Part shown: positions 26,618-34,884 of the stretch, piece after piece
Numbering within the stretch: the first letter of the stretch is position 1
Layout: the number at the start of each line of letters is the position of its first letter
NCBI GenBank assembly: GCA_021847435.1
Contig: JAJZRC010000001.1
Span: forward strand, 1-58,913
Origin: a bacterium
GTDB lineage: Bacteria > Patescibacteriota > Doudnabacteria > UBA920
DNA length: 58,913 nt
Reading direction: 5' to 3'
Notes under the pieces: model-generated
Seen by the model: only the letters and a program-made list of their open reading frames with translations
What the model was told of the DNA's origin: nothing
Databases searched by the model: none
Made by a program: the position numbers and the translations under genes

Positions 26618-26646
26618 ATTATACCTGATTTTCTTACTCCTGTCAA
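26618..26646 (-). promoter_or_regulatory. perfect consensus sigma70 promoter for the 198-aa gene
   Basis: Minus strand reads TTGACA (26646..26641), a 17-nt spacer, then TATAAT (26623..26618). It lies about 130 nt upstream of the ATG. Confidence 0.6.
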
Positions 26647-26653
26647 GCGTGCG

Positions 26654-26698
26654 CAAATGAAAGACCGGCGCGCATGCTCTGGTGTTGCGCGCCGGTCT
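26654..26698 (-). terminator. intrinsic terminator closing the micro-ORF cluster
   Basis: 12-bp GC stem AGACCGGCGCGC / GCGCGCCGGTCT, followed on the minus strand by TTCATTTG. Confidence 0.6.
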
Positions 26699-26724
26699 AA
26701 TGCTGCTCTGTCTCCATTTTCCTC

Positions 26725-26955
26725 CTATTCCGTCCTGTTCGGGTACGGGCCCTCATACCGGGCCGGGTGCGCGGGCTTTGTCCGGCGGCCGGAGACCTTG
26801 CTCATGTTCGCAATGGCTGCTAACATGCGTTTCCGCAATGTCTGCAGCCCTCGTTCACCACTTGTACCCTCGATCGGCGGTTCAAGCCGATCGATGTACT
26901 TTTGCCAGCCAGCCAGGTCTTCTGGTCCTGGCAATGATAAAGAAACTCCAGCCAT
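26725..26955 (-). CDS. 76-aa soluble hypothetical protein
   Basis: MAGVSLSLPGPEDLAGWQKYIDRLEPPIEG.... GGAGG sits 7 nt upstream of the ATG. Last ORF before the terminator. Confidence 0.5.
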   Translation of the reverse strand: MAGVSLSLPGPEDLAGWQKYIDRLEPPIEGTSGERGLQTLRKRMLAAIANMSKVSGRRTKPAHPARYEGPYPNRTE

Positions 26956-27043
26956 CTCTCTGCCTCCAACAACGTATGTTTTGTTTCTACCCGCCCCCAT
27001 ATACAAGGGGCAAAAATTGCGCTGGTTGAATGGTAAACCCAAA

Positions 27044-27154
27044 TTACTCGGAAGTAAAGTGGATAACCTGACGGCGGCGCGCCTCGTGGCCCTTGATGCC
27101 CAAAAACAGCACCCAAAGGCCCAAAAGACTGCCGATCAAGACCATGACTTCCAT
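27044..27154 (-). CDS. 36-aa single-TM micro-protein
   Basis: MEVMVLIGSLLGLWVLFLGIKGHEARRRQVIHFTSE. TAGGAGG lies 11 nt upstream. Confidence 0.45.
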   Translation of the reverse strand: MEVMVLIGSLLGLWVLFLGIKGHEARRRQVIHFTSE

Positions 27155-27189
27155 GTGGCGTGACACCTCCTAAAATTCCATCCTCCAGC

Positions 27190-27263
27190 CCGTCCGGCAA
27201 AAACAGGAATGCCGGTTTAAATTTTATCTTGCGATAATATTTAAACCGACTTTCGCCGGACGG
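27190..27263 (-). promoter_or_regulatory. nested long hairpin inside the micro-ORF cluster
   Basis: Outer stem CCGTCCGGC (27190..27198) pairs with GCCGGACGG (27255..27263). Inner stem CGGTTTAAAT (27213..27222) pairs with ATTTAAACCG (27239..27248). Confidence 0.4.
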
Positions 27264-27482
27264 ACTGCAAAAAAGAATCCCATTCCTTTACCTGCAACAA
27301 TTTTACGGGCTAAGGTATGGGGGGCGTATAAACATCCGCAAGGATGCTCAGTGACGCCCGCGCCGGGTTGCCAAAATTACTGCGGCCAACACCATTCCTG
27401 GCAAGCAGAATGATATCAGCGCGAGCCTGGCCCACGCTGGCCAGCCGTTGACGTAAAATAACAGATCTTCCAGAATCCCCAC

Positions 27483-27629
27483 TTACGTCTTGTTTTCCTC
27501 CTTTCCCCGAGGGCCAATCATGCCCACCCAAGTTTCAAACGGCCAGTCCGCCCGCCTGCCGGTGAACCGCTCCTTCAGGAGCGTCCAGCAGATGCCGGCG
27601 GCCAGCGCTGCCGCAATCCCTGCAATCAT
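27483..27629 (-). CDS. ~48-aa single-TM micro-protein (start uncertain)
   Basis: MIAGIAAALAAGICWTLLKERFTGRRADWPFETWVGMIGPRGKEENKT. This is the only convincing part of the 135-aa track ORF. No clear SD. Confidence 0.35.
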   Translation of the reverse strand: MIAGIAAALAAGICWTLLKERFTGRRADWPFETWVGMIGPRGKEENKT

Positions 27630-27670
27630 CACGATTTCCGCGAAGCGGTAGGCCAGCCGGCCTATAGTTC

Positions 27671-27763
27671 TCACAGGCCGCTCCCGTTGATCCGGGTGAG
27701 CGGCGGGAAGCCCTCCTCTGCCATCCGGCTGAGCAGCCGGTAAAGCAAGAAAAACGTCTTCAT
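27671..27763 (-). CDS. 30-aa micro-ORF, translationally coupled
   Basis: MKTFFLLYRLLSRMAEEGFPPLTRINGSGL. Its ATG overlaps the TGA of the preceding ORF (GTATGAAG). GAGGAGG lies 10 nt upstream. Confidence 0.4.
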   Translation of the reverse strand: MKTFFLLYRLLSRMAEEGFPPLTRINGSGL

Positions 27764-27867
27764 ACGCCTCTATCCTCCTCTTCCCAGGGTCCCCAGAATT
27801 TGTTGCAGACCCACGCACCAACGGCCACCAACACGATGGCCGTAAAAATACCGCAAGCTGCTGCCAT
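27760..27867 (-). CDS. 35-aa single-TM micro-protein
   Basis: MAAACGIFTAIVLVAVGAWVCNKFWGPWEEEDRGV. GGGAGG lies 6 nt upstream. Confidence 0.5.
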   Translation of the reverse strand: MAAACGIFTAIVLVAVGAWVCNKFWGPWEEEDRGV

Positions 27868-28124
27868 ACAGCACCTCCCAAACCTGCCAACCAAACTCAT
27901 GGCGCATGTAACACAAATCATGCAGCAAAGAATCTTACTGTCTTTAGCTGCTTGTTACATGCTTCATTATTCATGATACATAATCCAAGTCTTGCCTGAC
28001 AAATTTGGGAGGGCGGCAGAATTGCATGCGCAATTCGTCGCCCGGATGTTTTCCGAGGCAAAAGGAGTATTGGCGGCCTTGCATCTTGAGTGCGCAAGTA
28101 CAGCCTTTTCCAGCGGGTGCGGGT

Positions 28125-28286
28125 TTAGAAACCCAACACTATGCGCCCGACAAACCGGGCGATTCCGTGGAAAAACCAACCCAGCCCCCCGCCGTCAACA
28201 ATGGCGACAATGACAATGCAAATAGGCAATAGCACTGCCACGGGCCAAACTGGCATTGTGTCAGGAACGTAACGCTTCTGTTCCAT
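28125..28286 (-). CDS. 53-aa TM micro-protein
   Basis: MEQKRYVPDTMPVWPVAVLLPICIVIVAIVDGGGLGWFFHGIARFVGRIVLGF. AGGAG lies 6 nt upstream. Confidence 0.55.
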   Translation of the reverse strand: MEQKRYVPDTMPVWPVAVLLPICIVIVAIVDGGGLGWFFHGIARFVGRIVLGF

Positions 28287-28351
28287 GACAATCTCCTTTT
28301 TGGTTTGAACGTTGGCTGTTACCCCGGCCGCTTGTGGCAGCCGCGGGCTTT

Positions 28352-28528
28352 CTACCTGATCCGGACAGGAATCTGGTCCGGGCCTTCAAGGGCCACGACC
28401 GGCCTGGTCCTCCAGTCTATCTCCTCAATGTAACCCGCGGCCAAAGCCGTAAGGGCTGTAATGAAAAGACACGCCAGAATGGTCTGCCCGATGGCATCCA
28501 TCCAGCTTCGGAAAAAATACGTCTTCAT
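28352..28528 (-). CDS. 58-aa single-TM micro-protein
   Basis: MKTYFFRSWMDAIGQTILACLFITALTALAAGYIEEIDWRTRPVVALEGPDQIPVRIR. TAGGAGG lies 6 nt upstream. Confidence 0.55.
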   Translation of the reverse strand: MKTYFFRSWMDAIGQTILACLFITALTALAAGYIEEIDWRTRPVVALEGPDQIPVRIR

Positions 28529-28644
28529 CTTACTCCTCCTAAATTTTCACTCACACTCCTGAAAAATACTTTTTTCAAAAGTCTAAGTAAAAATGTACTT
28601 GGCTTGGACCTGGGTGGAAGACCGCCGCAGGCTCGGCCTTAAGC

Positions 28645-28752
28645 TTACGGGATTACCGTTCCTGCCGCAGCCGCCGCATCGGGCAGCTGGGCAAAAAGAT
28701 ACATTACAGCCAAATACCAGGTCCCAAGCAGCAGGGCCGTTGCGGCCGACAT
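28645..28752 (-). CDS. 35-aa hydrophobic micro-ORF
   Basis: MSAATALLLGTWYLAVMYLFAQLPDAAAAAGTVIP. The SD is weak. Confidence 0.3.
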   Translation of the reverse strand: MSAATALLLGTWYLAVMYLFAQLPDAAAAAGTVIP

Positions 28753-28774
28753 GTTACGACCGTGGAGCTTCCTG

Positions 28775-28852
28775 CTATTTGGCATGCTGGAACCCCCAGA
28801 CGAAGAACCCAACAATAACCGCTACCCAAAAGGCCCACACGATTTTTTTCAT
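28775..28852 (-). CDS. 25-aa single-TM micro-ORF
   Basis: MKKIVWAFWVAVIVGFFVWGFQHAK. Only a weak, close purine tract (AAAGGGAA) lies upstream. Confidence 0.35.
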   Translation of the reverse strand: MKKIVWAFWVAVIVGFFVWGFQHAK

Positions 28853-29351
28853 GGTTCCCTTTCTCGCTCGCAATCCCCCTTTACCAAAGGTTTTGCGAAA
28901 ACACATCAATCGGCAAAACTTGCCGCCTAATCTGCTTCCGCAAAACTACAATTCATATTAAACGCCAAAAACAAAGTTTGGTCAATTGCCGAAGGTTGTG
29001 CCAAAGCTTGCGGACTTAAAATTCAAGCAGGCCCTGCCCCAAATGGGTCCGTAGGCCCAGGGGGCCCGCCGCAGGCGGACATAAAATATTTGCCTCTTAA
29101 ACCCGCAAGCAGTACCGCAAAACAAGGTACAAAAAAACCGCATACTGCTTACAGGAGAATCTAAAGAAAAATTATTCTTGTAAACAGCCGTGCGGCTTTT
29201 ATAGCGCCCCCAATCCGGTATTAGCGAAATCAGGAGCATGTGGAAATGCTTTATAATCCGCGAGTTTCCCTGTAAAAAACCGGCGGATTTAACAAAGTTT
29301 TTAAACGACCCAAATCGGATACTAATCCAGCTTGACCATATAGTATACACC

Positions 29352-29379
29352 AAAAACGCCATCTTGTCAAGAGATGGCG
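29352..29379 (-). terminator. intrinsic terminator after the 81-aa gene
   Basis: Minus strand reads CGCCATCT-CTTGACA-AGATGGCG followed by TTTTT. Confidence 0.6.
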
Positions 29380-29414
29380 AATTATATAACAAAAAAGCTT
29401 TTATTTAAGCCGGA

Positions 29415-29660
29415 CTACTCCCCTTCTAATATTGCGCTTAAATCATCACGCAGATTTTCCAGCATTAAAACCGCTTCGTTTTGGTCCCTTTCCCAAACTT
29501 GGCGTATTTTCTCCACGCGCGCCAAAAACTCCGGATATTGGACCATGGTTTGCTTTAAAATCAACAATTGCCGATCGGAAAACTCCAGCCCGCCGCTGCA
29601 AAATTCAGCCAAATTTTCCGCCTCCGCTGAAGTATTGCGCCCGGATTCAATTTCGCCCAT
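29415..29660 (-). CDS. 81-aa helical hypothetical protein
   Basis: MGEIESGRNTSAEAENLAEF ... LENLRDDLSAILEGE. I used the internal Met of the 94-aa track ORF. Downstream of groEL and followed by a terminator. Confidence 0.55.
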   Translation of the reverse strand: MGEIESGRNTSAEAENLAEFCSGGLEFSDRQLLILKQTMVQYPEFLARVEKIRQVWERDQNEAVLMLENLRDDLSAILEGE

Positions 29661-29792
29661 AATTTTAAACTTAATGCTTATGCCCCAATTATAACACAAA
29701 GGCCCTGTCCTTTGCCGCTTGAAATGGCGGACAAAAAATAGGGCCTTCCATATTAACTAAATGCTTGCTGCTTAATACTGCCTGCTAATCAA

Positions 29793-31457
29793 TTAATAAT
29801 CCATACCGCCCATGCCTCCGGACATGCCGCCGGCCGTGGCCGGAGCTTTGGGCTCGGGCTTGTCTACCACAATGGCTTCGCTGGTTACCAGGGTGGAGGC
29901 GATGGACACCGCGTGTTCCAAAGCCAGGCGGGTAACCTTGACCGGATCAACGATCCCGGCTTTCATCATATCCACCATGCCGGCTTTCCAGTCTTTGTCG
30001 TTATGGCTGGCAAAATCAAATCCCAGGTTTTCGCCGGATCCATTTTGGATTTCGTGCAAAATGCCCGTAACTTCCACGCCGGAGTTGGCCGCAATCTGGC
30101 GCAAAGGAGCTTCCAAGGCGGTACGCACCACGCGCACCCCGGCCCGCTCGGCATCGTTCAAGCCGCTGCCAAAGGCATCCAGCTTGGGAGCAATGCGTGC
30201 CAAAGCCGCGCCGCCTCCGGCCACAATCCCTTCTTCCACGGCCGCTTTGGTGGCGTTGAGCGCGTCTTCAATCTTGAATTTCTTGGCCTTCATTTCGGTT
30301 TCGGTAAACGCGCCGACTTTAATAACGCCCACGCCCCCGGACAAGCGGGCCATGCGTTCCTGCAACTTTTCCTTGTCGTAATCGGAAACGGAATTCTTGT
30401 GCTCGGACTTTATCTGGCCCACGCGCGCCTCAATGGCCTGCTTGTCGCCCTGGCCGTCTACAATGGTAGTGTATTCCTTGGTGGCAATAACTTTGCGGGC
30501 GCGGCCTAAAGCGCTCAGCTCAGCCTTGTCCAGTTTCAAGCCCAAATCTTCGGTGACTACCTGGCCGCCGGTCAAGATGGCAATGTCCTGCAGCATATCC
30601 TTGCGCCTGTCGCCAAAACCGGGGGCTTTTACCGCCAGCACGTTAAAGGTGCCGCGCAGCTTGTTGAGCACAAAGGTAGCCAAAGCCTCGCCTTCGATTT
30701 CATCGGCAATTATTACCAAATCCTTCTTGCCGCTCTGGGCGACTTTTTCCAAAAGGGGCAATACGTCTTGCACGGAAGAAACTTTTTTGTCGGTAATCAA
30801 AATATACGGGTCTTCCCACACGGCTTCCATGCGCTCGCTGTTGGTGACCATGTACGGGTTTACATAACCCTTGTCAAAACGCATGCCTTTGACCACTTCC
30901 TTTTCCATGCCCGTTGTCTGGCCTTCTTCCACGGTAATTACGCCGTCATGGCCCACTTCTTCCATGGCTTCGGCAATCAACTTGCCCACTTCGCTGTCTA
31001 GAGAAGCTATGGTCGCGACCTGCTGGATCTCTTCCTTGTTCTTAATGTCCTTTTTTACCTTTTTTAATTCTTCCACCACGAACTGGACCGCTTTGTCCAT
31101 GCCTTTTTTAATGTCATTGGCCCGGGCGGAATTCAAAGCCACGGCCCCAATGCCTTCTTCAATCATTTTTTGGGCCAGGACCGTGGCCGTGGTGGTGCCG
31201 TCTCCGGCCTGCTCATTGGTCTTGTTGGCGACTTCCTGGATTAAAGACGCGCCCACGTTTTCAAACTTGTCTTCCAATTCAATATCCTTGGCTACGGTCA
31301 CGCCGTCATCGGTAATGGTCGGGCTGCCGAACGACTTGTCCAGAATAACCGCTTTGCCCGTAGGGCCCAAAGTCACCTTGACCACGTTAGCCGCTTTGTC
31401 TACTCCGGCCTTAATGGCCTGCTTGGCTTCAAAGCCGTATTTGATAATTTTTGCCAT
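29793..31457 (-). CDS. groEL: chaperonin GroEL
   Basis: 554 aa. [12 protein letters not shown] is present. The C-terminal tail is [12 protein letters not shown]. Confidence 0.97.
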   Translation of the reverse strand: MAKIIKYGFEAKQAIKAGVDKAANVVKVTLGPTGKAVILDKSFGSPTITDDGVTVAKDIELEDKFENVGASLIQEVANKTNEQAGDGTTTATVLAQKMIEEGIGAVALNSARANDIKKGMDKAVQFVVEELKKVKKDIKNKEEIQQVATIASLDSEVGKLIAEAMEEVGHDGVITVEEGQTTGMEKEVVKGMRFDKGYVNPYMVTNSERMEAVWEDPYILITDKKVSSVQDVLPLLEKVAQSGKKDLVIIADEIEGEALATFVLNKLRGTFNVLAVKAPGFGDRRKDMLQDIAILTGGQVVTEDLGLKLDKAELSALGRARKVIATKEYTTIVDGQGDKQAIEARVGQIKSEHKNSVSDYDKEKLQERMARLSGGVGVIKVGAFTETEMKAKKFKIEDALNATKAAVEEGIVAGGGAALARIAPKLDAFGSGLNDAERAGVRVVRTALEAPLRQIAANSGVEVTGILHEIQNGSGENLGFDFASHNDKDWKAGMVDMMKAGIVDPVKVTRLALEHAVSIASTLVTSEAIVVDKPEPKAPATAGGMSGGMGGMDY

Positions 31458-31566
31458 TTGAAAATTCTCCTGATTTTACTAACTACGAATTGATACTAAT
31501 ATACTAATCTTCGGATTTCAGAATTAGTATATTCGTACAGATTAGTAGTTCGTAAAGCTAGTTAGT

Positions 31567-31872
31567 TTATTCCACCAAAGCGAGAATATCGCTCTCGTCT
31601 TTTTCTTTGCCAACAAACAGAATTTTGTATTCCCGTTTCTGGCCGTCTTCGTCAATTTCGACCTCTTCGCCGGCATACTTGCCAAACACTACGGTATCGC
31701 CGATTTTCAAGCCTAAGGAAGTGATTTCGCTGCCATTACCCAGCTCCACAATGGTGCCTTGGGCTTTTTTTTCTTTGTCCGCGGTATCCGGCAAAACTAT
31801 CCCAGACTTGGTCACTTCCTCGCTGGAAAGCTGCTTCACCAGTACCCGGTTTCCTAAAGGTTTAACTTTCAT
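31567..31872 (-). CDS. groES: co-chaperonin GroES
   Basis: MKVKPLGNRVLVK ... VVFGKYAGEEVEIDG-like. I used the internal Met of the 117-aa track ORF. Confidence 0.93.
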   Translation of the reverse strand: MKVKPLGNRVLVKQLSSEEVTKSGIVLPDTADKEKKAQGTIVELGNGSEITSLGLKIGDTVVFGKYAGEEVEIDEDGQKREYKILFVGKEKDESDILALVE

Positions 31873-31929
31873 ATTTTCTTTCCTTTTTGTTAATTCTCTT
31901 GATTCAAGTATTTGCATCATAAAGCCAAA

Positions 31930-31956
31930 TTATCACTCTGTCAAGTTGAGTGATAA
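31930..31956. promoter_or_regulatory. CIRCE-type (HrcA) operator variant upstream of groES
   Basis: TTATCACTC-N9-GAGTGATAA is a perfect inverted repeat. The canonical CIRCE is TTAGCACTC-N9-GAGTGCTAA. Confidence 0.8.
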
Positions 31957-31996
31957 ATCCCCCGTCCGGCGCAAGATGCCATGTTATAATAGCACC

Positions 31997-32746
31997 ATGG
32001 AATACGGATATCAAACCCCCATGGGGGCGAAAATTTACCTTGATTTCCTTGCCTCCCGGGACGGCCGCATCCAGCAGGACATCCTCTATAAAGCCATTGC
32101 CGCACGGCTGCCAAAACAGCACAGCTTAAGGGTTTTTGATGCCGCCTGCGGCTCAGGCTGGCTGGCGGGGCGCCTGGCCGAAAACTTTGCACAAATATCA
32201 GCCTGCGACTCCTCGCAAAGCCTGCTTGCCGCAGCCGCGGCAGCCTGGCCGCTTTTGGAATTTAAAATGGCGGACATAGAGCAGCCTCTTCCCTATCCGC
32301 CTGCTTATTTTGATGTTGTGATTTTGAACATGGCCGCGCCGGACTTGAATAATCTCTCTGCTGTTTTTATAAACCTCTCCTATGTAACTAAACCTGGCGG
32401 GCGGCTCATAATTACAGTGCCAAACCCCGAGCTTGCCTACCCGGCGGCGGTTTGGAAAAGATCGTGGCTGGATGTATTGGTTGGGCGCAAGCCCAAACTT
32501 GCAAAAAAAGCGCCGCCCAAAAGCGGCAGCCTGATAAAGCGCGAATTCGTTCCTAAATCTTTACGCCTGAATTCTTACTATTATTCGCTGGATGATTATT
32601 TGGCAGCTGCCAAAAGCGCCGGATTTCATCATAAATTTGCGCAGCAGCTGCGCTCCGCATCAGACAGCCCGAATTTTGACCTAGCCTACCGGCTCTGCCG
32701 GCACCCTCTGCTGCTGCTCCTGGAATTCGAAAAATCCTTCCAATAA
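31997..32746 (+). CDS. class I SAM-dependent methyltransferase
   Basis: Begins MEYGYQTP.... VFDAACGSGWLAGRL is the motif I glycine loop. The 5' part of the 379-aa track ORF is antisense to groES and was discarded. Confidence 0.8.
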   Translation: MEYGYQTPMGAKIYLDFLASRDGRIQQDILYKAIAARLPKQHSLRVFDAACGSGWLAGRLAENFAQISACDSSQSLLAAAAAAWPLLEFKMADIEQPLPYPPAYFDVVILNMAAPDLNNLSAVFINLSYVTKPGGRLIITVPNPELAYPAAVWKRSWLDVLVGRKPKLAKKAPPKSGSLIKREFVPKSLRLNSYYYSLDDYLAAAKSAGFHHKFAQQLRSASDSPNFDLAYRLCRHPLLLLLEFEKSFQ

Positions 32747-33646
32747 ATTTTCCTGCTTGCTGTCAGGATGAAAGGAAAGCTCGTCGTCTTCCACAATGAT
32801 GAACTTGCTTTTTTTTATTTTGGGCAGCTGCCAGGATTTAAACAGATTCTCCAGAGTCCGGCCCAAACCGTTATGCAGCAGCTTTTCCAAAATTTTCTGT
32901 AAATAGGACTGGCTTTCAAAGCCCCCCGAAACCGGCTGCCAATTGGGAAAGAAAACATTTATCCAGGGCCGGTTGTTCTGCTGGTAGACCAGCAGTTGCT
33001 GGCCGTAAACTAGCGGGCGCAGGCGGCCGTATTCCATTGCCGAATACAGGGTGCGAATCTGCCTCAAGACTTTAGGGCCGGCCACGTAATGGTTAAGGCA
33101 AAAACGGTTCGCGATTTTTTGGCCATAGCGGCGCTTGCCCAAAAACTGGAAAACCACCGTCACCAGAGTTCTGGCCAGCCACATATGCCGCGGATCGGTT
33201 ATGATGAACAAATCAATATCTGACCCCGGCTTTTGCAAACCCATGGCTTGGCTGCCGCCCAAGGCAGCGCCCCGGACAAAAGGCACATGGCGCAGGATCC
33301 AGGAATAGCGGCTTATTAATTTCTCCCGCTTAATCCCATACAGGTAATTTTTCAAACGCTCCCGAACCAGCGCCTGCTTGCCCGGCAAGTGGTAAAAGCC
33401 CAGATCGTTTTGTACCGCGCCTTTCAGCTCATTATCCAAACAGGCGGCCAAACCTTCCAAACTTACCTGCTCCGGATTTTCGGACGCGCCCGTGGCCAGT
33501 TCGCCTTGCCGGTCTGTCTGCTGATTTATGCTTTCCCAATCCGCAATCAAAAACTTGCGCAGTTCCAGCAGAGTCAGCGGATAGTCCTGCAGGTCAAAAA
33601 ATTTCAATGTGGAAAGAATGCGATTTTTTAACATTTGTTTTACCAA
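32681..33646 (-). CDS. nucleotidyltransferase-domain protein
   Basis: 321 aa. LGGSQAMGLQKPGSDIDLFII is a GS-x-DxD Pol-beta-type NTase motif. Its 3' end overlaps the convergent methyltransferase gene by 66 nt. Confidence 0.65.
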   Translation of the reverse strand: MVKQMLKNRILSTLKFFDLQDYPLTLLELRKFLIADWESINQQTDRQGELATGASENPEQVSLEGLAACLDNELKGAVQNDLGFYHLPGKQALVRERLKNYLYGIKREKLISRYSWILRHVPFVRGAALGGSQAMGLQKPGSDIDLFIITDPRHMWLARTLVTVVFQFLGKRRYGQKIANRFCLNHYVAGPKVLRQIRTLYSAMEYGRLRPLVYGQQLLVYQQNNRPWINVFFPNWQPVSGGFESQSYLQKILEKLLHNGLGRTLENLFKSWQLPKIKKSKFIIVEDDELSFHPDSKQENLLEGFFEFQEQQQRVPAEPVG

Positions 33647-33667
33647 CTACAAATTCGTACCAATATA

Positions 33668-34071
33668 CTAATGTAAAACGTTTATAATCCTTTTAAAATG
33701 CACTGTCCTCGGAGCAAAATAAGCAAGTATTCCTAATTGTAAACTATTAGTGATTAGATATTTATAGACCTGATCTATATGTGATTTGGAAAAATGATCT
33801 CCTTTTTTAATTTCTAAGACGACTTTATTTTCGATTAAAAATCGAAAAAATTTTTACCTATTACCACTCCGTCAATCAACACCGGGGCATACAGCTGTTC
33901 TGCAAATTGCAAACTGCTGTTTTTCAATTTTACTGCTATTGCTTTTTGGTATGTCTTTTCCGGATGGCCATAACCAAGCTCATTATAAACATCGGACAGT
34001 ACGCCGACAATTTTGTAAGATAATTCTGGATATAGCAAGTTTTCTAAAATTTTTTTACCCTTCTCGCCCAT
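33668..34071 (-). pseudogene. GxxExxY-family (PD-(D/E)XK-like) gene interrupted by a 1-nt frameshift in a T-run
   Basis: The 78-aa ORF ends ...GKNFFDF*. The next frame continues (F)LIENKVVLEIKKGDHFSKSHIDQVYKYLITNSLQLGILAYFAPRTVHFKRIINVLH to the stop at 33668. The junction is GATTTTTAATCG at about 33835. Confidence 0.65.
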
Positions 34072-34106
34072 TGGTATATTGGTAAAAATAGTACTTAGTA
34101 AAACAA

Positions 34107-34454
34107 TTACAATCCCAAACTATCCAAAGTTATTTCCTCCCACTCGTCAAAATCAACTTCCCTGTAAACCCGAAGCTTGTGGGAGAACTCGGTTTGGGAA
34201 AATTTATACTGCGTCTGGGCGCTCTGTCCGGCCCTGTGGCTGAACAGCTCCTTTTTTTCCAGCACTACGGGGCGGTTTTCGCGCACCAGCTTATATCTGA
34301 CGCCGCTGGGATGGGTAAAGACCAAAACATCCTGCGTTCCCTGCTTTACGGGACCGTCCTGGGTTTCCATAATCAGGTCCTCGCGGGAAAGCTGCGCATT
34401 TTGGAAATGCTTTTGCGCGGTTTCCGCCAGCTCCTGCCATTTGTCGTCTTGCAT
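34107..34454 (-). CDS. hypothetical soluble protein
   Basis: 115 aa from the internal Met (MQDDKWQELAETAQKHF...). Confidence 0.55.
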   Translation of the reverse strand: MQDDKWQELAETAQKHFQNAQLSREDLIMETQDGPVKQGTQDVLVFTHPSGVRYKLVRENRPVVLEKKELFSHRAGQSAQTQYKFSQTEFSHKLRVYREVDFDEWEEITLDSLGL

Positions 34455-34544
34455 ATATTGTTCACCAATGCACCAATGGCACGAATAACACAAAATCTTA
34501 AATCAGCGACATTGGTGTTGATTCGTGAATTAGTGAATTAATAA

Positions 34545-34760
34545 TTATTGAAGCAATCCGCCATAGGCGGAAGTCAAGCTTTTTAAGGCAAACGGGATGG
34601 CAAACAGCGCGGCCAAAAGCGGCAACACTACCAGTACAACGGTAATGTACATGGACCACTTCATGTAATTTTTCGTTTTGCGCGTATTTTCGTAAATTTC
34701 CGCGAGCAGCTGCTCAGTGGACATTGTTTGTTGCGGGGCTTGATTTTGGTTATTTTCCAT
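34545..34760 (-). CDS. small membrane protein
   Basis: 71 aa with one long hydrophobic segment (MYITVVLVVLPLLAALFAIPFAL). Confidence 0.6.
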   Translation of the reverse strand: MENNQNQAPQQTMSTEQLLAEIYENTRKTKNYMKWSMYITVVLVVLPLLAALFAIPFALKSLTSAYGGLLQ

Positions 34761-34884
34761 AAATTTCCTTTCTTATTTCTATTTTATCACATTGACAAAG
34801 AAAGCCATAAGGCCTATATTTTCATTGCCCAAGAGGGCAAAATACCATAGCCGATGGCGGAAAGCCTAGGCAATTGGAGGGTAT

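Noticed and set aside
27483-27890. 135-aa minus-strand ORF and the overlapping long ORFs in the island (26657..27163+, 26820..27200-, 28334..28642+, 28593..28961+, 28982..29392-)
   Set aside because: They overlap each other, are Arg/Pro/Gly-rich, and lack an SD at their starts. The SD-preceded micro-ORFs in other frames explain the region better.
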